IMG/VR virus record: IMGVR_UViG_3300046004_000518 | Location: 1-64,000 of that record | Origin: a virus | Reading direction: 5' to 3' (one strand) | Length of the DNA stretch: 64,000 nucleotides | In this document: piece by piece, positions 1-9,402 of the stretch | Position numbering within the stretch: position 1 is the stretch's first letter | Layout: every line of letters begins with the position of its first letter | Made by a program: the position numbers and the translations under genes | Notes under the pieces: generated by a model | Told to the model about the DNA's origin: nothing | The model's input: only the letters and a program-made list of their open reading frames with translations | Databases searched by the model: none

Positions 1-546
1 GTATTTAGGTGATTGATCTACTGAGGGTAATTTTTCTAGTGCTTGTTCGGCTTCTTCTATAGTTGGGCGATAGTGATACCCAACTTCAAATACTTTTTGT
101 GATTCCCACGGTGTTATCCTTAGGTCTCTACCATCGCTACGTTGACGTATTAATGACTCATATACCCGTTGATCATCTAATAGGATAGCGCCACCACGAC
201 CAATCTCTAGCGGCTTGCTGTAGCCAAAGCTCAAACACTGCATCTGTCCACTACGATACATACCTGTACGTAGTAATCTTGCACTATCCCATATCCGTGT
301 ACCAAGTATAGGATATTCTCCAACCCATTCATTATCGGGCACTAAACCATATGAAATGCCTAATTTATGCATGGTCATTGGCACACTAAGGTAGGTAAAT
401 GCCGTAAAACGACACCGTTTTACCTTGTCGTAACGTAGACACAGTTCTAGTGCATGTGTACATGAATCTGTCATAACAACAAAAGGTGCGCCCGTAAGCT
501 CACCTAATGCTCGTTCAAACTGGTATATTGGATCAAATGCTGACAT
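1..546 (-). CDS. DegT/DnrJ/EryC1/StrS-family PLP aminotransferase-like protein (3' end beyond window)
   Basis: Not in ORF track. Manual translation MSAFDPIYQFERALGELTGAPFVVMTDSCTHALELCL...WDSA...CLSFGYSKPLEIGRGGAILLDD; ATG overlaps the upstream stop (TAATG). Confidence 0.8.
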   Translation of the reverse strand, partial: MSAFDPIYQFERALGELTGAPFVVMTDSCTHALELCLRYDKVKRCRFTAFTYLSVPMTMHKLGISYGLVPDNEWVGEYPILGTRIWDSARLLRTGMYRSGQMQCLSFGYSKPLEIGRGGAILLDDQRVYESLIRQRSDGRDLRITPWESQKVFEVGYHYRPTIEEAEQALEKLPSVDQSPKY

Positions 547-1643
547 TACTTAATATTCTTTAATAGTTCAGTTGCCGAAAAGAAATCATGATGTAAACTA
601 CGTGCCTGCTGTGGAACTAACTTAGCATATTCATCATAGTCAGTCATGAACTCTACAATCTTATCACATAATGCTTGCTTATTATGTAAGAAACTACTGT
701 AGGATTCAGTCCATTCACTAGGATAGCGCCATATCTCAGCATACATCTCTGTATAACTTAGTCTATCTGGTACCATTGGAATAGCATCAGTGAGTGCACC
801 TTCGTACATACTAATACCCAATGTTTCTTGTAGGTTGGCACTGAATACTATCTTAGCTTCGCCTAGTAAAGTATGATACCCTGCTTTTGTCAAGTTCTGT
901 TCTTGACATACAATCCATTCATACTGTGGTAGTGCGGCCGCAAGTTCTTTAAATATCTCAACCTGCTTCTCTGGTGCTACGCGATGTGGAAATAAAATCA
1001 AATCACGTTTGGTAGTCTTATAAGGTGTAATAGTTTCTGGCATATATTCCATAGGCCAACCACTGCGTACAATCTTATCTGTTAAGGTACCTGCACGTAG
1101 TTCTGCTAGGTCTTCATCAAACCACGGATTTTCAGTAGGATAATCATTTAATAGATTAGTAAAGAACATCTCGATATGAAAATCAGTGGCAAAGTAGTTA
1201 TAGTCAACTGCATGAAAGAAACTCTTTTCAGCATGTCTAACCCACGGAGCATCACCGATAAGACGTCCTAGGAAGTCTTGCGGATCATAACTGCCAGCAT
1301 GCCAAAGTGCATGTATAGTTACAGGAATACCCAGTAGCTCACTCATATATTTAAGATTGATGATGCCAGGATGCCATGCATCGGTAAAGATGAAATGATC
1401 TCCTTTGACAATCCTACCTTCTGTGAATAATCTTGCTATTTGCTCAACTTGACTAGCTTTGTAGATATTTGTGCCACCAAAGTTCAAGAAAGCACCCGGA
1501 GTAGTAGCCGCTGGGATATCATGAGGTCCTGCAATAACATAAACTTCATGTCCATGTTCCTCGAGCAACTTAGGTACATGAGACTTCCACTGTCCCGTGT
1601 ACCTAGTTTCGACTGCTTCTAGATCAACTAGATAAACAGTCAT
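546..1643 (-). CDS. GT-B fold glycosyltransferase
   Basis: FPHRVAPEKQ and LQETLGISMYEG motifs. Start moved to MTVYLVDLE (1643), just after the stop of the upstream gene. Confidence 0.75.
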   Translation of the reverse strand: MTVYLVDLEAVETRYTGQWKSHVPKLLEEHGHEVYVIAGPHDIPAATTPGAFLNFGGTNIYKASQVEQIARLFTEGRIVKGDHFIFTDAWHPGIINLKYMSELLGIPVTIHALWHAGSYDPQDFLGRLIGDAPWVRHAEKSFFHAVDYNYFATDFHIEMFFTNLLNDYPTENPWFDEDLAELRAGTLTDKIVRSGWPMEYMPETITPYKTTKRDLILFPHRVAPEKQVEIFKELAAALPQYEWIVCQEQNLTKAGYHTLLGEAKIVFSANLQETLGISMYEGALTDAIPMVPDRLSYTEMYAEIWRYPSEWTESYSSFLHNKQALCDKIVEFMTDYDEYAKLVPQQARSLHHDFFSATELLKNIK

Positions 1644-1644
1644 G

Positions 1645-1875
1645 CTATCTACGTCCTTGATAGCCTGGAGTTTGTCCTTGTTGCTGACGCCATTGTTCAC
1701 GACGTTTGCGTTTTTCCTGCCATTCTTTGTACGCTGGGCTAACATACAAATCAGCCTCATCATACTTGATCATGTGGAAACGACAGTAGTTGCACCATGC
1801 ATCTAAATCGTTGTAGATTTGTCTTACTTCAGGCTTCATAGTAAGATACTTTTTAAGCCAAACTGGATTTGCCAC
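1645..1875 (-). CDS. hypothetical protein
   Basis: 76-aa ORF with AAGGAG RBS, tiles the operon. Confidence 0.7.
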   Translation of the reverse strand: MANPVWLKKYLTMKPEVRQIYNDLDAWCNYCRFHMIKYDEADLYVSPAYKEWQEKRKRREQWRQQQGQTPGYQGRR

Positions 1876-1887
1876 GGAAAATTCTCC

Positions 1888-2316
1888 TTAAATAGTGACA
1901 GACTGCAAGGGACGAGTACAATTGTACTCAACGGAACATCCATTCTCGCCATCTTCGGATACTTCTATCCAAACATCGCGATTGGGATATTTTATAGCGA
2001 TTTGCATATACAAATCATCTGATATCATTTCACAACTCTTATAATCTAACTGTAATGTAGTATTTACATACAGTGCTTCTAACCAACGTTTAAATTGAAT
2101 AAATTCAATATCGCGGTCATTGTGCGTAACTTCAATTGCCACTCTAAAATGGAATATATGACGATGCGGTGATGCTAAAAAAGCAACATCTGCTAGTGTT
2201 GGTTCATTAGCCGCCGCAGGATAACAATGTATACCTTCACGTTGGAAAGTTACCCATATCTTTTTCTTGGCAGCCTGCATAACTCTATCTATTTGTTCAC
2301 GTTCTGCTTGTATCAT
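1888..2316 (-). CDS. T-fold protein, QueD/6-pyruvoyl-tetrahydropterin synthase-like
   Basis: EGIHCYP...PHRHIFHFRV...DRDIEFIQFK...SCEMI...VSEDGENG; start at MIQAERE overlapping the upstream stop. Confidence 0.6.
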   Translation of the reverse strand: MIQAEREQIDRVMQAAKKKIWVTFQREGIHCYPAAANEPTLADVAFLASPHRHIFHFRVAIEVTHNDRDIEFIQFKRWLEALYVNTTLQLDYKSCEMISDDLYMQIAIKYPNRDVWIEVSEDGENGCSVEYNCTRPLQSVTI

Positions 2317-2834
2317 TATTTGATCTCTGTATCTTGAGTATATTGATCCCAATAGGTAAATTTGTCCTTACCCATTAGACTTTGAAGGTGATGTGTCCAC
2401 ACACCGGGATTGGTAGCTCCCCATGTTATATCATCTAATTTAATTGTTGCATTATAATTAAGTTGATTGATATATGGTAATTTAACACTAATCATTGGCA
2501 CAAATCTAGCATATTCTGAATAACCACTCTCAATAACACCTTCGATGTGTTCGACTCCAAAATCTAATGCTACCCAAAAGCCTGCATCTAAACAGCCTTT
2601 GATAACTTCATCCCAGGCTGAATATTCTTCATTAGTTACTGCTTGAGGATTAAAACTTTGGCTAGTACCAAAATAAATTTGTGTTACCAGCTGTGTTCGT
2701 GCTTGCTCTAAAATTTCTGCCAACGGTGGAGTACCCACTACAAACAAAGTTTTCATACCATAACATATTGTATGCTCTACTTCATATCCTGTAAAATATA
2801 CTACTTCCTGACGTTCTTCTGTGTTTAATCCCAC
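2316..2834 (-). CDS. hypothetical protein in modification cluster
   Basis: 172-aa ORF translationally coupled to neighbours. Confidence 0.7.
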   Translation of the reverse strand: MGLNTEERQEVVYFTGYEVEHTICYGMKTLFVVGTPPLAEILEQARTQLVTQIYFGTSQSFNPQAVTNEEYSAWDEVIKGCLDAGFWVALDFGVEHIEGVIESGYSEYARFVPMISVKLPYINQLNYNATIKLDDITWGATNPGVWTHHLQSLMGKDKFTYWDQYTQDTEIK

Positions 2835-3721
2835 TTAATGTATCCTCTACTGTAGCCTGCTGGTCTATTAACGCCATCTGCAAATGCAGATTGCCACTCT
2901 GTCTTTCTATTATACGACTTTGTCCAGAACTTGTCAACAGTTAATTGACCAGAAGCAACCCAATCACGTGCTAACACCATTGCTTCATAAAAGCGTGGTG
3001 TGCGTGGGCTCGGAAAACTAATAGTAACAGCTTTCCAAATCAATTGTCCAAATGTTTGATTAATATGTTTGTCTGTACCAATAATAATTAATCCATTATT
3101 TGCAACACAGTCGCCTTGTAAGTAATCAGTGCGTTCAGTTAAGTCGATAATAACATCATAAACACCAGTAATTTCTTGAGATAATTTACCCTGCCACAAG
3201 TCTTGATTACTGCGGCCAATTACTGTGATATCAAACTCTAAATGATTAATTAACAAGGTGTTATACGCTACCCATGCAAGGAAGCCACTGCCCAATATTA
3301 ACAAGCGACGACCTTCACCAGCACGTTCAGCAACTTCGCGTAAGTTTTGATTTACTACATTAATACCACAAGCAACTGGTTCTAATATATATTTAGGTTC
3401 TGCTGCGGGCACACTAACATATTCTCGTGCCCTAACATTGTACATATCTGCATAAGCAGGTTCACCACGTGTGGCAACATAATCGCCAACTTTTACATCG
3501 GTAATATTAGCACCTACATTAGTTACTTGCCCAAGTCCTTCGTGTCCGTGCATACTAATAGGCAATGGACCAAACTCGCCCTGCATCATATCAATATCAC
3601 TACGGCATACTCCAGTTAAGACAGCACGTACTTCAATATCATCTGCTGTAATTGCTGGTTTATCCCATGCAATTTCACTGAATGTGCCCTTGCCATCTGT
3701 ACATAATAATTTTACTCTCAC
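2825..3721 (-). CDS. MDR/zinc-type alcohol dehydrogenase-like oxidoreductase
   Basis: GVCRSD, GHEGLG, VKVGDYV, EPVACG and ILGSGFLA motifs; lacks the four-Cys structural zinc loop. Confidence 0.85.
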   Translation of the reverse strand: MRVKLLCTDGKGTFSEIAWDKPAITADDIEVRAVLTGVCRSDIDMMQGEFGPLPISMHGHEGLGQVTNVGANITDVKVGDYVATRGEPAYADMYNVRAREYVSVPAAEPKYILEPVACGINVVNQNLREVAERAGEGRRLLILGSGFLAWVAYNTLLINHLEFDITVIGRSNQDLWQGKLSQEITGVYDVIIDLTERTDYLQGDCVANNGLIIIGTDKHINQTFGQLIWKAVTISFPSPRTPRFYEAMVLARDWVASGQLTVDKFWTKSYNRKTEWQSAFADGVNRPAGYSRGYIKWD

Positions 3722-4905
3722 GCAACTTCCTTTTTATTAACATGTTTCCAGTAATGTAACATGCTGGTTAATACAATTCCAATTAAAACTGCATACGCTA
3801 AGTTAAGTATAACAGTTAATATAGTCACTGTCAATATTAATATCATATCTTCTTTCGGTTGTGCTAATGTCAAACTTTTCCAATTGAATGTATGATAACA
3901 AACAACAAACATTACTCCAATTAGTGCCGCCATTGGTATATTCTCAATTACAACACTGGCAAATAAAATATAAGCAAGTATACACAATGATTGTACTATG
4001 CCAGCTAATCTGTTGAAACCGCCCGCCTCTAAGTTAATCACAGTTTGTCCAATCATTGCACACCCACCCATACCGCCAAACAATCCTGTAAGTAAATTAC
4101 CTGCACCTTGTGCCATACTTTCTTTGTTTGGATGAGTACTGCCGATTGGTTTGTGGTGATGTACATAATCATCAACTAATTGCGCTGTTAGTAAGGTTTC
4201 TATTAATCCAATAGCTGCAAGTATAAATGAATATGGAGCAATAATGGCTAGTGTCGCCCATGTAAATGGTACATCGGGTATATGGAAACTAGGAAATGCT
4301 CCGGATATAGTTGCAATATCCTTGACATAATGTGTATCTAGATTGAAAGTTAATGCTACCACAGTGGCTATAACAATGCCAAACAAACTAGCTGGCATAC
4401 GTTTAATAAGTTTTGGAGCCGCAACTACTGCTATGACTGTTAATAATATCAGTCCTGCGGTTGTGTATAATTGTTGTCCTTGTAGCCACACTCCGTCGGT
4501 TTTAAGCTGATGAAACTGCGCAATGAAAATAACAAGCGCAAGCCCGTTAACAAAACCAGTCATAACAGTTGAGCTAACTAATTTAATTAGTTTACCCATC
4601 TGCATGTAACCAAATGCCAATTGTATTATACCCATTAGTACAATACTAGCAAACAGATATTCCACTCCGTGAGTAACTACTAACGCAACAGAAACAACTG
4701 CCAGACTACCTGCGCCACCACTTATAAGTCCCGGCCTTCCGCCAAAAACTGCAGCCACTAATCCTAGTATAAATGCAGCATATAATCCAACCAATGGATT
4801 AACGTGCGCTAATAAAGCAAATGCCACTACCTCTGGCACCATGGCCAAACTAGTAGTGACACCTGCTAATGTATTTCTTAAAACAAAACTGTTTTTAGTT
4901 GACAA
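3718..4905 (-). CDS. SulP-family anion permease, no STAS domain
   Basis: VPEVVAFA, GGRPGLISG, GFVNGLA, GLIETLLT and GGCAMIGQT motifs; many TM helices; TTG start. Confidence 0.9.
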   Translation of the reverse strand: MSTKNSFVLRNTLAGVTTSLAMVPEVVAFALLAHVNPLVGLYAAFILGLVAAVFGGRPGLISGGAGSLAVVSVALVVTHGVEYLFASIVLMGIIQLAFGYMQMGKLIKLVSSTVMTGFVNGLALVIFIAQFHQLKTDGVWLQGQQLYTTAGLILLTVIAVVAAPKLIKRMPASLFGIVIATVVALTFNLDTHYVKDIATISGAFPSFHIPDVPFTWATLAIIAPYSFILAAIGLIETLLTAQLVDDYVHHHKPIGSTHPNKESMAQGAGNLLTGLFGGMGGCAMIGQTVINLEAGGFNRLAGIVQSLCILAYILFASVVIENIPMAALIGVMFVVCYHTFNWKSLTLAQPKEDMILILTVTILTVILNLAYAVLIGIVLTSMLHYWKHVNKKEVA

Positions 4906-4906
4906 A

Positions 4907-5785
4907 CTATTCTACTTTCTTATGAATCCACAAATCGTAGTCTAATTGTACACTAAACCAAGCATCGTTGTCAATGTTTTCGACAGCATCTTTAATCATT
5001 GCTTGATATGCTTCTGCTGGGCACAATCCTAATTCAAAGCGTTCTACTGTGCCATCTGCCATATGAAAGTTAATACCACGATCATCGTCAGTTAAACTGC
5101 GCCAGTCTGCTATCAATCTCCACTTACGGTTAGGTTCTTCAAATATAAACTCACATAAATCATCTACATCATATATACCATCTGCTTTAACTGTACCATA
5201 TTCAGTATCCGATACTTCTGCTAATGTATAACGTTGTGCTACGTTGTAATGAGTTAGTGATGGCTTAGTATAATCATCGCTAAGTGCTATGTAAAGACTT
5301 AATAAATGTGTCATTAAATCACGACTAACACCACCATATGCTAAGTCTTTAGTTGTAAACCAAGTACCTGGACCAGGAACGCGATTGCGATTAACCCAAT
5401 TAAGTTCTACTTTAATACTACGTTGCGCAAGTGCTTGCAATTCTGCAATATTTTCACGCCATTGATTGTTTTTAACCATCATAAAGCGTGTGTACGGAAA
5501 GTCCTTAACTAACTGTTGCCAAATTTCTGAAGTTTTAACACCTGGCTTTTCAATGAATACAAGTTTAGCGTAAGTAGCAACTTCTCTTGCTATTGTTTCG
5601 TGAGTAAAGTTTGGAGTACAAATATGTACGGTATCAAAATATTCGTGCGCCGCCACTGCATCCTTTACAGATGTAAAATCTGCCTTGCTGGGATCAAGGT
5701 CAACTGTCACAATTTCGTGATCTAAGTTAGTTAGTACTTCTTTGTACAGGTTACCAATACCCATACCTACGATTAAACTTTTCAT
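4907..5785 (-). CDS. Gfo/Idh/MocA-family oxidoreductase
   Basis: IVGMGIG, ICTPNFTH, FIEKP and GGVSRDLMTH motifs. Confidence 0.85.
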   Translation of the reverse strand: MKSLIVGMGIGNLYKEVLTNLDHEIVTVDLDPSKADFTSVKDAVAAHEYFDTVHICTPNFTHETIAREVATYAKLVFIEKPGVKTSEIWQQLVKDFPYTRFMMVKNNQWRENIAELQALAQRSIKVELNWVNRNRVPGPGTWFTTKDLAYGGVSRDLMTHLLSLYIALSDDYTKPSLTHYNVAQRYTLAEVSDTEYGTVKADGIYDVDDLCEFIFEEPNRKWRLIADWRSLTDDDRGINFHMADGTVERFELGLCPAEAYQAMIKDAVENIDNDAWFSVQLDYDLWIHKKVE

Positions 5786-5970
5786 TGTTGTGCCTTAAGT
5801 TTTGTTTTTGCTTCTTCAAGTTGACGTTTAACTATTAATTTTTCTAACTTCATTTTACCTAGATGCACATCATCTAAATAATGTGTAAATCCATCAGTAA
5901 TTTGTTGTTTGAGTAATTGATGTTTTTCTTCTAACTGTGCGATATGATGCGGTAATTTATCTGCGTCCAT
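5782..5970 (-). CDS. small coiled-coil protein (DUF465/YdcH-like)
   Basis: LEEKHQLL...MKLEKLIVK pattern. Confidence 0.55.
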   Translation of the reverse strand: MDADKLPHHIAQLEEKHQLLKQQITDGFTHYLDDVHLGKMKLEKLIVKRQLEEAKTKLKAQQ

Positions 5971-5971
5971 A

Positions 5972-7645
5972 CTAGTCCTCCAATCCTGCTTCTAGGTTAT
6001 TAAGATTTGTTTCGTCAAAGCCGCTATCGTCTATGTGATGTTCTTCTTCAACTTCGGGCACTGCCACTTCTTCAAAGAATTTACCAAAAGTAGTGCTGGT
6101 ATTCATAGTTTTCTTACCAACCGCACCACGCGAACCTGGAATACTCATCCAATATTGATTGTAATGTTCTATCATTGCTTCTGCATCTGCTCTGTTATCA
6201 ATAGCAAATATAGCATCAACAATATCTCTAAAGTAGATTAAATCATATGCCCTGTGTGACTTTTTATCGGCAGTAATTGCTGACATCATAGCAGGACGTA
6301 TACCTTGATCATATTGTCTATTTGCTTCTTGCACACTAGTTAAATGACTCCAAACATTATGACCCATTTGTATGGCATAAGCAAAGCTATCCCAACTAGT
6401 CTTACCAACCTTGTTAATCTTATTAAGTGCAGGCGGCGTGCTATAATGATCTTGATTAGTTACATCAAATGGTTCACCGTTTAATTCTGCAGCAGTTTTA
6501 CGCACACCATCGTGATAAACACAAACATCATTAATTTTAATACGTGCGCTAATAGGACTTTCAGTAAAAGATTTAAATTTACCATCTTGTAACACAGCAT
6601 CACGGAAACTACGTGTATCTAATGCATACTTCTTATTGTCCACACTAGGTACCATACGGTATACCCATTTCTTACCATCTTCAACTTCAGTTTGCGTATA
6701 AATTTGTCCGTTTGCACTAGCAAGGAATGGACTTGCACAGTCAAAGCTGATTGTAAATTTAGGATTATGATACTTACGTACAGCACGTTGAATGTCAGTT
6801 AATAAGCATGCCCACTCTAGTTTACTTGTACCCAAGAAGTGCATCCAATCATGTAGACCTTCTTCTAATAAACCATCGAAACGTAGGGCAACAAGTCTGC
6901 GCAATACCAAGTGTACATCACACATGTTCTGTCCACCCATAGCCCAGCCATTAAAATGACGACCTGGATACTGTTTAGGATCACAGTACTTCTTCATACG
7001 ATCATACCAATCGTCTGCATCTGCATGATTCTCACCTTGCAGTACGTTTAAAAACTTACAGTTACCATTGCGATTGTTAATAAACCAATCGTTATTAATA
7101 TAAGTGCCTTGTACAGCTTCTTCGTATGTATTAATACCAGTTGCTTTGCGACCATTTGGACTACGAGCTACCCAGGCTGGAATATCTAAACACATACCAT
7201 AGTCCATGTATGCATCCATCCAAGTTAATACTAGCTCACGTTTCTTTTGCGCTTTGGGACAGTTTGGATTCTTCCAATCTCCTTCCCAAACACCTTTACC
7301 AATTTGGAAACCACCAGAGTCGCCTAGGATAAAACTACGACTACGATCTCTATTACGAACCATATCTTCTTTTGGGCTAAACTTATTAACATCTAACTCT
7401 GCATGCCCTGCTGAATATAAACTCCAATGATATGGGAAGTATGCAGCATCTGGATTGAGCCAATTAAGTCCTTCGATACCATTTTCAAAGTCTGCTGGCA
7501 TACGAGTAGAATCAACATATAATCCTTTTACAGGATCTGGAAATCGTTGCTTGCCCACATAAGTAGCATAAAAGCCTGATAGTGCAGGTAAAAAGACTGC
7601 ATAGTCTAGTTGTTTTGCGGTTAAATTATCTATTTCATGTGCCAC
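5972..7645 (-). CDS. tRNA-guanine transglycosylase-fold protein (TGT/DpdA-like)
   Basis: LGDSGGFQ, MCLDIP, LNVLQG, WAMGG, HFLG and SFDCASP motifs of the TGT fold; no C-terminal CxCxxC zinc site. Confidence 0.75.
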   Translation of the reverse strand: MAHEIDNLTAKQLDYAVFLPALSGFYATYVGKQRFPDPVKGLYVDSTRMPADFENGIEGLNWLNPDAAYFPYHWSLYSAGHAELDVNKFSPKEDMVRNRDRSRSFILGDSGGFQIGKGVWEGDWKNPNCPKAQKKRELVLTWMDAYMDYGMCLDIPAWVARSPNGRKATGINTYEEAVQGTYINNDWFINNRNGNCKFLNVLQGENHADADDWYDRMKKYCDPKQYPGRHFNGWAMGGQNMCDVHLVLRRLVALRFDGLLEEGLHDWMHFLGTSKLEWACLLTDIQRAVRKYHNPKFTISFDCASPFLASANGQIYTQTEVEDGKKWVYRMVPSVDNKKYALDTRSFRDAVLQDGKFKSFTESPISARIKINDVCVYHDGVRKTAAELNGEPFDVTNQDHYSTPPALNKINKVGKTSWDSFAYAIQMGHNVWSHLTSVQEANRQYDQGIRPAMMSAITADKKSHRAYDLIYFRDIVDAIFAIDNRADAEAMIEHYNQYWMSIPGSRGAVGKKTMNTSTTFGKFFEEVAVPEVEEEHHIDDSGFDETNLNNLEAGLED

Positions 7646-7976
7646 TTTGTTCTTCCTCGTATACTAGTGCTTCTATTATTTTATATTGCTCGTAAGCGTG
7701 TTTAAGTGATGGATACTTCTCTAGTTTAGCCTTAAGCTCGCGTTCTTCTGCCATCTTTTCACCGGCCCAACGTATAGCTTCATCAGCAGTCCAACTTAGC
7801 CCGATACTAGCATTTTGACTAATGTTAATCCACATATTACCGTCATATACTTCCATTTGCTGTGTCATAGTATTGTAGCGCACATTACCAGCACTCTGTC
7901 CATTGTTGCCAATGTACGGAGCACTGTAGGAACTGCCAGTCAAATGTGGACTAGTAATATCTAAATTTTTAATCAT
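7635..7976 (-). CDS. hypothetical protein
   Basis: 113-aa ORF overlapping neighbours. Confidence 0.7.
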   Translation of the reverse strand: MIKNLDITSPHLTGSSYSAPYIGNNGQSAGNVRYNTMTQQMEVYDGNMWINISQNASIGLSWTADEAIRWAGEKMAEERELKAKLEKYPSLKHAYEQYKIIEALVYEEEQSGT

Positions 7977-8598
7977 AAAATGTTATCTCATTGATTAATT
8001 TATAGTCATCTGCATATACTTCTTTTAGTCTATCAATCAATTTTGTATCTTGATCTAATACAGCCTTGAGAAAATTTACTAATTTTTTGTGTTGCGGGTT
8101 GTCATCTAATTCAATATCTACACTGATATTTAGGTTTATATTATGTTCATGTAAATATTTTTGTAATGATTCGCCGATGCCGTGAACTCCATTAAAGTAT
8201 ACACAAGATTCTTTTGGTATTGTATTAATAAAGTATAGTTGTTTTTCGGTATGGTCGTCAAATATTACTCTATCAAATATTAAAGATTCCATTACTGGAT
8301 TCCAGTTATCGATAATAGTGTCTGCTGTATAACCCTGACTGACTATGGCTGAACAAAGGTATTGCGCCATTCCGCTAATCCATCTACTAACAGGATCACG
8401 CAATACTACAATTATTTTCTTATTAGTTAAATCAGTTTTTAAAAAATTGGCAACTTTCCAATTGTTAGCTAATACCAGTTTACCAATATAACTGCTAGAA
8501 TTCTTAGGAATCGGAATATAAACTACATCTTCGGTGACAAACATGCCACCTGGAACAAATCCTCTAGCGGTGTATTGATTAAACCAGTAGGCAATCAT
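7969..8598 (-). CDS. sulfotransferase-family protein
   Basis: YIPIPKNSSS (5'-PSB-like), VLRDPVSRWISG (3'-PB-like), C-terminal YADDY. Confidence 0.7.
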   Translation of the reverse strand: MIAYWFNQYTARGFVPGGMFVTEDVVYIPIPKNSSSYIGKLVLANNWKVANFLKTDLTNKKIIVVLRDPVSRWISGMAQYLCSAIVSQGYTADTIIDNWNPVMESLIFDRVIFDDHTEKQLYFINTIPKESCVYFNGVHGIGESLQKYLHEHNINLNISVDIELDDNPQHKKLVNFLKAVLDQDTKLIDRLKEVYADDYKLINEITFYD

Positions 8599-9330
8599 TT
8601 ATTTGCTTTGTGCAGGTAAAATATAGTTGTAAGTTGCCATGCCGCTATCAACAGTAATCTGTGCTGCACCTTCATCACTAATACGGAATGTTTTATCACC
8701 TGGCAGGTTAAGAATACTAATAACTGCCGCAACTGGCCATGACCACCCTTTAGTTAAAGTACCAGCAACATCGCTTTGGAATACAAAGTTACCAGCATGA
8801 CTACTATGATCACCAAAGAACAATTTTAAGTCAGTGCCTTCTGTTTTAGCAGTAAACGTAGTTTCGTCACTGTTAGCACTTGCTTGGAATTTTAAACGTA
8901 AAATGTTAGCAACTGTTGGTTGGAACTCAACGTTCCACTTAACACCTTTAAACTTAACTGTTTTAAGTTTGTCATTGACAATTTCTGAACTCATAAAACG
9001 ATAGTCATTTTTAAAGTCGCCTGCTTTGTTTTCAAAGTGTAGGCCTACCGGAACTGATTCACCATTGCGATCTTGTCTAGTTAATGAAATCTTAGCATCG
9101 TCTTTGTATTCTGGAATGTTAAGGATAGTGTTTAGTTTGCCTAAGTTTGGCATACCAAATGTACCAACAAACTCTGGCACTGGATTGTTTACTTTTGCCT
9201 GTACAATAACTGAACGATCTTCAGCAATTGCTTCGATGCTTGTTTCTGTATCTGTGCCTGTTACCTTAACTAGGTCAATAATACCCAGTCCGTACGTATT
9301 TTTAACGATGTCTAATAAATGATCACGCAT
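8599..9330 (-). CDS. DNA polymerase sliding clamp (gp45-like)
   Basis: 243 aa with beta-rich clamp-like pattern ending YNYILPA; near the polymerase; own sigma70 promoter and AGGAG RBS. Confidence 0.65.
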   Translation of the reverse strand: MRDHLLDIVKNTYGLGIIDLVKVTGTDTETSIEAIAEDRSVIVQAKVNNPVPEFVGTFGMPNLGKLNTILNIPEYKDDAKISLTRQDRNGESVPVGLHFENKAGDFKNDYRFMSSEIVNDKLKTVKFKGVKWNVEFQPTVANILRLKFQASANSDETTFTAKTEGTDLKLFFGDHSSHAGNFVFQSDVAGTLTKGWSWPVAAVISILNLPGDKTFRISDEGAAQITVDSGMATYNYILPAQSK

Positions 9331-9359
9331 GTAGTTCTCCTAATAAAGTGTTATAATGT

Positions 9360-9388
9360 ATTGTATATGATGTATTTAGAAAATGCAA
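9360..9388 (-). promoter_or_regulatory. sigma70-type promoter for the clamp operon
   Basis: TTGCAT-N17-TACAAT on minus strand; spacer also contains TAAATA. Confidence 0.6.
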
Positions 9389-9402
9389 GAGATATGGTAA
9401 AA

